Assembly: GCA_045579505.1 (NCBI GenBank) | Contig: JAZNMH010000027.1 | Span: 11,434 to 75,433 of the forward strand | Length of the DNA: 64,000 bases | Reading direction: 5' to 3' | From: Paludibacteraceae bacterium | GTDB taxonomy: Bacteria > Bacteroidota > Bacteroidia > Bacteroidales > Paludibacteraceae | Shown: in pieces, positions 62,501-64,000 of the stretch | Layout: every line of letters begins with the position of its first letter | How positions within the stretch are numbered: position 1 is the stretch's first letter | The notes under the pieces: generated by a model | Seen by the model: only the letters and a program-made list of their open reading frames with translations | Told to the model about the DNA's origin: nothing | Database searches by the model: none | Program-made: the position numbers and the translations under genes

Positions 62501-64000
62501 CGGGTACCGACCATGTTATCACTCTGCCCTATGGTACAACAGATATCCACTTTACCATTGTCAAGCAGTACCCTGAGCAGGAGGTGATTATCCTCAATGG
62601 CGGTGTATCCACTCCTTCTACCATCACGGTGAAGGCGGACGATCCTGCCAAGGCAGCGACTGTCTATACCATCACCCCTAACCTGATGGCATATCCTCAC
62701 TACTCATTGACGGGTGTTAAGGTAGATGGTGTAGAGTTCGCTAACTTTGACCCTAACGTATTCACCTATATTATCCCTGTGACCCAAAAACCAGTTTTGG
62801 AGTACCTGCACGCAGCCAATGTGATGGCAAGTGAGCTTCAGAGCAACGACAAGTTTACGCTGGTAGAGGTAGCAGACGAAGAGAACAACGTCCGTTACTA
62901 CACCTTCTATTATTATTATCAGAACGATGTCATCCCTAATGGTGACTTCACAGAGTACCGTACTGGACTCAAAAATACCAAGCACAAGCAGATGCCTGTG
63001 GGCTGGTATGGTTTCGCGGATCAATATCAGGAATATAAAGAAGCCGTACTTTGGAAAGTGGATGATCCTGGTAAAGAAATCTTCAAATACCAAGATGGCA
63101 TCTTAGGTATCCAATGGGGTTACTGGGCTGCGCTGATGAGTTCATCCCCACTGGTATTGACATTGGGTAGCACCGAAGGCTTCGTATATAAAGTTGCAGG
63201 CGGTTCTTCTGCTTCGTTCTCAGGTGGTATTCCTTTCCACAACACACCTGATGCAGTGGATATTACCTATCAATTAGTGGATGACGAGGGACTCCAGTCT
63301 AAGTTCTCTTTTGTCTTCACTGACAATCAGGGTGGCGTAGAGACTATTGACTATATCGCATCTGAAGTAACTGATAGTTTTGTCACCCACCGTCAACCAT
63401 TGTCCACATCCGACAAGGTACTCCAGATGATGAACATCAACATCGACGCATCCAATGGTCACATATCCAGCGTTAATATTGGCGGTTGGACTGGTAACTA
63501 TTTCGATTATGGCAAAGTGCTTTATCTTGATCGTATTGCCTTTGCATATAGCAGTGCCCTCACGGCTCTCACGGTGAACGACATACCTGCTGTTCTCAAC
63601 GGCAACGAGTTCTCAGTGACCTTAGAGAATTCCGAGGTTGAGTTGCCTACACTTCATTTCACAGGCGAGGTGCCTGACCAGCAGCAAGTGGTAGTGTGGG
63701 CTGAGCAGTGGAGTGTATCGGGCACTACTGCTACTCGCACAGCGACTATCACCAACTACGCTGAGGATGGTTCCTCTACGGTTTATACGCTCACCGTTAC
63801 GCGTCCTGCATCGACTATTGCAACATGCGAATACAGCATCGAAGGCGCAGATTTAGTGGTTGTCAAGGGTTCTCCTTACCAAACTGTCACCGTTGAGCGC
63901 GAGGCTACACGCTATGCTATCACTGTCACCGCAGAGGATGGCACCGTGGCTACTTACTATGCGGATGTAGAAGGTTCTTCCACCACTCCTTCCGAACCTA
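59515..64000 (+). CDS. Very large surface protein (5' part, over 1495 aa): two PCMD-like domains plus at least 10 cadherin-like beta-sandwich repeats; runs off the right edge
   Basis: It is not in the ORF track because it has no stop in the window. Frame 1 is open from the ATG at 59515 to 64000 (hand translation of sampled stretches found no stops; no separate frame-1 plus-strand ORF appears in the ORF track for this region). The protein begins MKKNYFLLLLMLIGLIVNSTTAHAQQVPNPSFEDWSG.. and continues to ..LYVDDIELIYS, which is PCMD-like. Repeats of about 80 aa then follow the pattern L-x-I-x-(V/L)-(N/D)-G-x3-(G/N)-F-x-P-x3-Y-x-(V/I)-x-LP-x-GTT-x-(L/V)-P. The antisense ORFs listed there are shadows. 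Confidence 0.85.
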   Translation, partial: MKKNYFLLLLMLIGLIVNSTTAHAQQVPNPSFEDWSGEKFDGNIQPKDWYVSNISQAGLNFNLANQEAGHTGKYSLMVKDTKVGANIMGIEITEISPGYFSLGKPWSYIDGIDTKTATAGTSGGIKFTHRPDTMSVWIKRTGPNTDLEDFYLIYFSWSGTAKSSKYESKSRACASVTQENEESDIRQALNANTCGTDQMANQISEGMWREKKEYGEWTNIRVPIYYFNDDVPEMMNMIFSASNYPNFRAKDGLYENNALYVDDIELIYSSKIDKLYIREREWKAFDPNSSEEQVYSVGKATEIPDVFGVRGVGSLTNARGNTATFPGRKLTSDEFQIMQKGAIDGDPMIIQVNATDGSSTTTYKIKFVSAASNNARLADIQVNGTTIEGFNAYLNTYNVQLPYGTTEVPVVSATAQDAGATVTITQPTSTTGTATIHVAAADGKTKQDYTLNFSVAGLSDNTLQAIYMDGELVPGFTPTKNNYIISLPLGTTEAPIITWQSAYADGAQTIALIKNSLEEGAQITVSAPAAQNTRTYKLTYKIEASSYAYLAGISLNGLPIEGFTPEQTSYSITLPIGTTTLPAITWTQGDPYQTVALTEGGVDGTTRIVVTAAAGNTVTYRLNFSTEKSTNNALQGIALDGKPLEGFHPDTLNYTLTLPAGTTTLPVVTYTPGDDYQTVSVSTIAATNTVRILVKAGNGSSRVYTLTFVIEKSANALLKMIYLDGDSLENFVPDQLTYVVALEQEIIPNVTVDQSPDQKVNITQPANFGTAHIVVQPEVGTPVEYTIIFMSAAEPTIPEFDTNAFPLSSNTSLAAIYINGELFVENPSAETYTYELPWRTAQVPSVVPVAGALGQTITVTSPGLNQTTTIHVVAEDGSSSADYAITFPVQKSSNTQLELIEVEGIMFDYDPAVREYTIALPNGTTTLPAITFTKAEVEQRVELHTNGIAQPATLKVAAEDGTEATYTLHFHITYSAEPNTLQSIIVDNIGALDLAAGTDHVITLPYGTTDIHFTIVKQYPEQEVIILNGGVSTPSTITVKADDPAKAATVYTITPNLMAYPHYSLTGVKVDGVEFANFDPNVFTYIIPVTQKPVLEYLHAANVMASELQSNDKFTLVEVADEENNVRYYTFYYYYQNDVIPNGDFTEYRTGLKNTKHKQMPVGWYGFADQYQEYKEAVLWKVDDPGKEIFKYQDGILGIQWGYWAALMSSSPLVLTLGSTEGFVYKVAGGSSASFSGGIPFHNTPDAVDITYQLVDDEGLQSKFSFVFTDNQGGVETIDYIASEVTDSFVTHRQPLSTSDKVLQMMNINIDASNGHISSVNIGGWTGNYFDYGKVLYLDRIAFAYSSALTALTVNDIPAVLNGNEFSVTLENSEVELPTLHFTGEVPDQQQVVVWAEQWSVSGTTATRTATITNYAEDGSSTVYTLTVTRPASTIATCEYSIEGADLVVVKGSPYQTVTVEREATRYAITVTAEDGTVATYYADVEGSSTTPSEP

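Overview
The promoter style (TAnnTTTG -7 boxes), SusC/SusD pairs and T9SS-type sorting tails point to a chromosomal segment of a Bacteroidota genome, probably Bacteroidales and Prevotella-like. That assignment is an inference. I saw no rRNA, tRNA, CRISPR array, transposase or integrase. The content, left to right, is as follows. (1) 1-14.4 kb holds a complete starch utilisation locus on the minus strand: GH97, SusC, SusD, a SusE/F-like protein, GH13, a multi-CBM protein and a GH13-CBM enzyme, with a divergent SusR-type regulator. (2) 14.5-34.7 kb holds a sigma-54-controlled tripartite efflux locus: a TolC-family gene, a HlyD-family gene, two FtsX-type permeases, an ABC ATPase, an NtrC-type activator and a histidine kinase. 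Two visibly AT-richer inserts appear to break this locus. One (15.7-20.1 kb) carries an AbiEi/AbiEii toxin-antitoxin pair and a three-gene operon of unknown secreted proteins. The other (28.7-33.2 kb) carries a T9SS-tailed small protein, an orphan SusD-like protein and a CBM-containing unknown protein. (3) 34.9-53 kb is housekeeping: M16 peptidase, ftsH, rsfS, an ECF sigma factor, a lipid kinase, dut, a TPR/DUF4292/M23 cluster, FKBP, a UvrD-nuclease, rimM, TrmH and a U32 peptidase. (4) 52.8-64 kb holds a WYL regulator with an ArdC-like small protein, a 730-aa repetitive secreted protein, a sigma-54 activator without a DNA-binding domain, recF, and the 5' part of a very large PCMD/cadherin-like surface protein that runs off the right edge. 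The most interesting signals are four. First, two sigma-54 promoters carry an identical palindromic enhancer layout. Second, the efflux locus is interrupted twice. Third, families of 7-, 11- and 14-nt tandem arrays sit at gene boundaries and inside coding linkers. One 28-nt heptamer array splits the U32 peptidase gene such that loss of one 7-nt unit would restore a single ORF. Fourth, a repeat of about 45 nt is shared by both AT-rich inserts. I found no clearly novel multi-gene system, and all functional links are predictions from sequence only.
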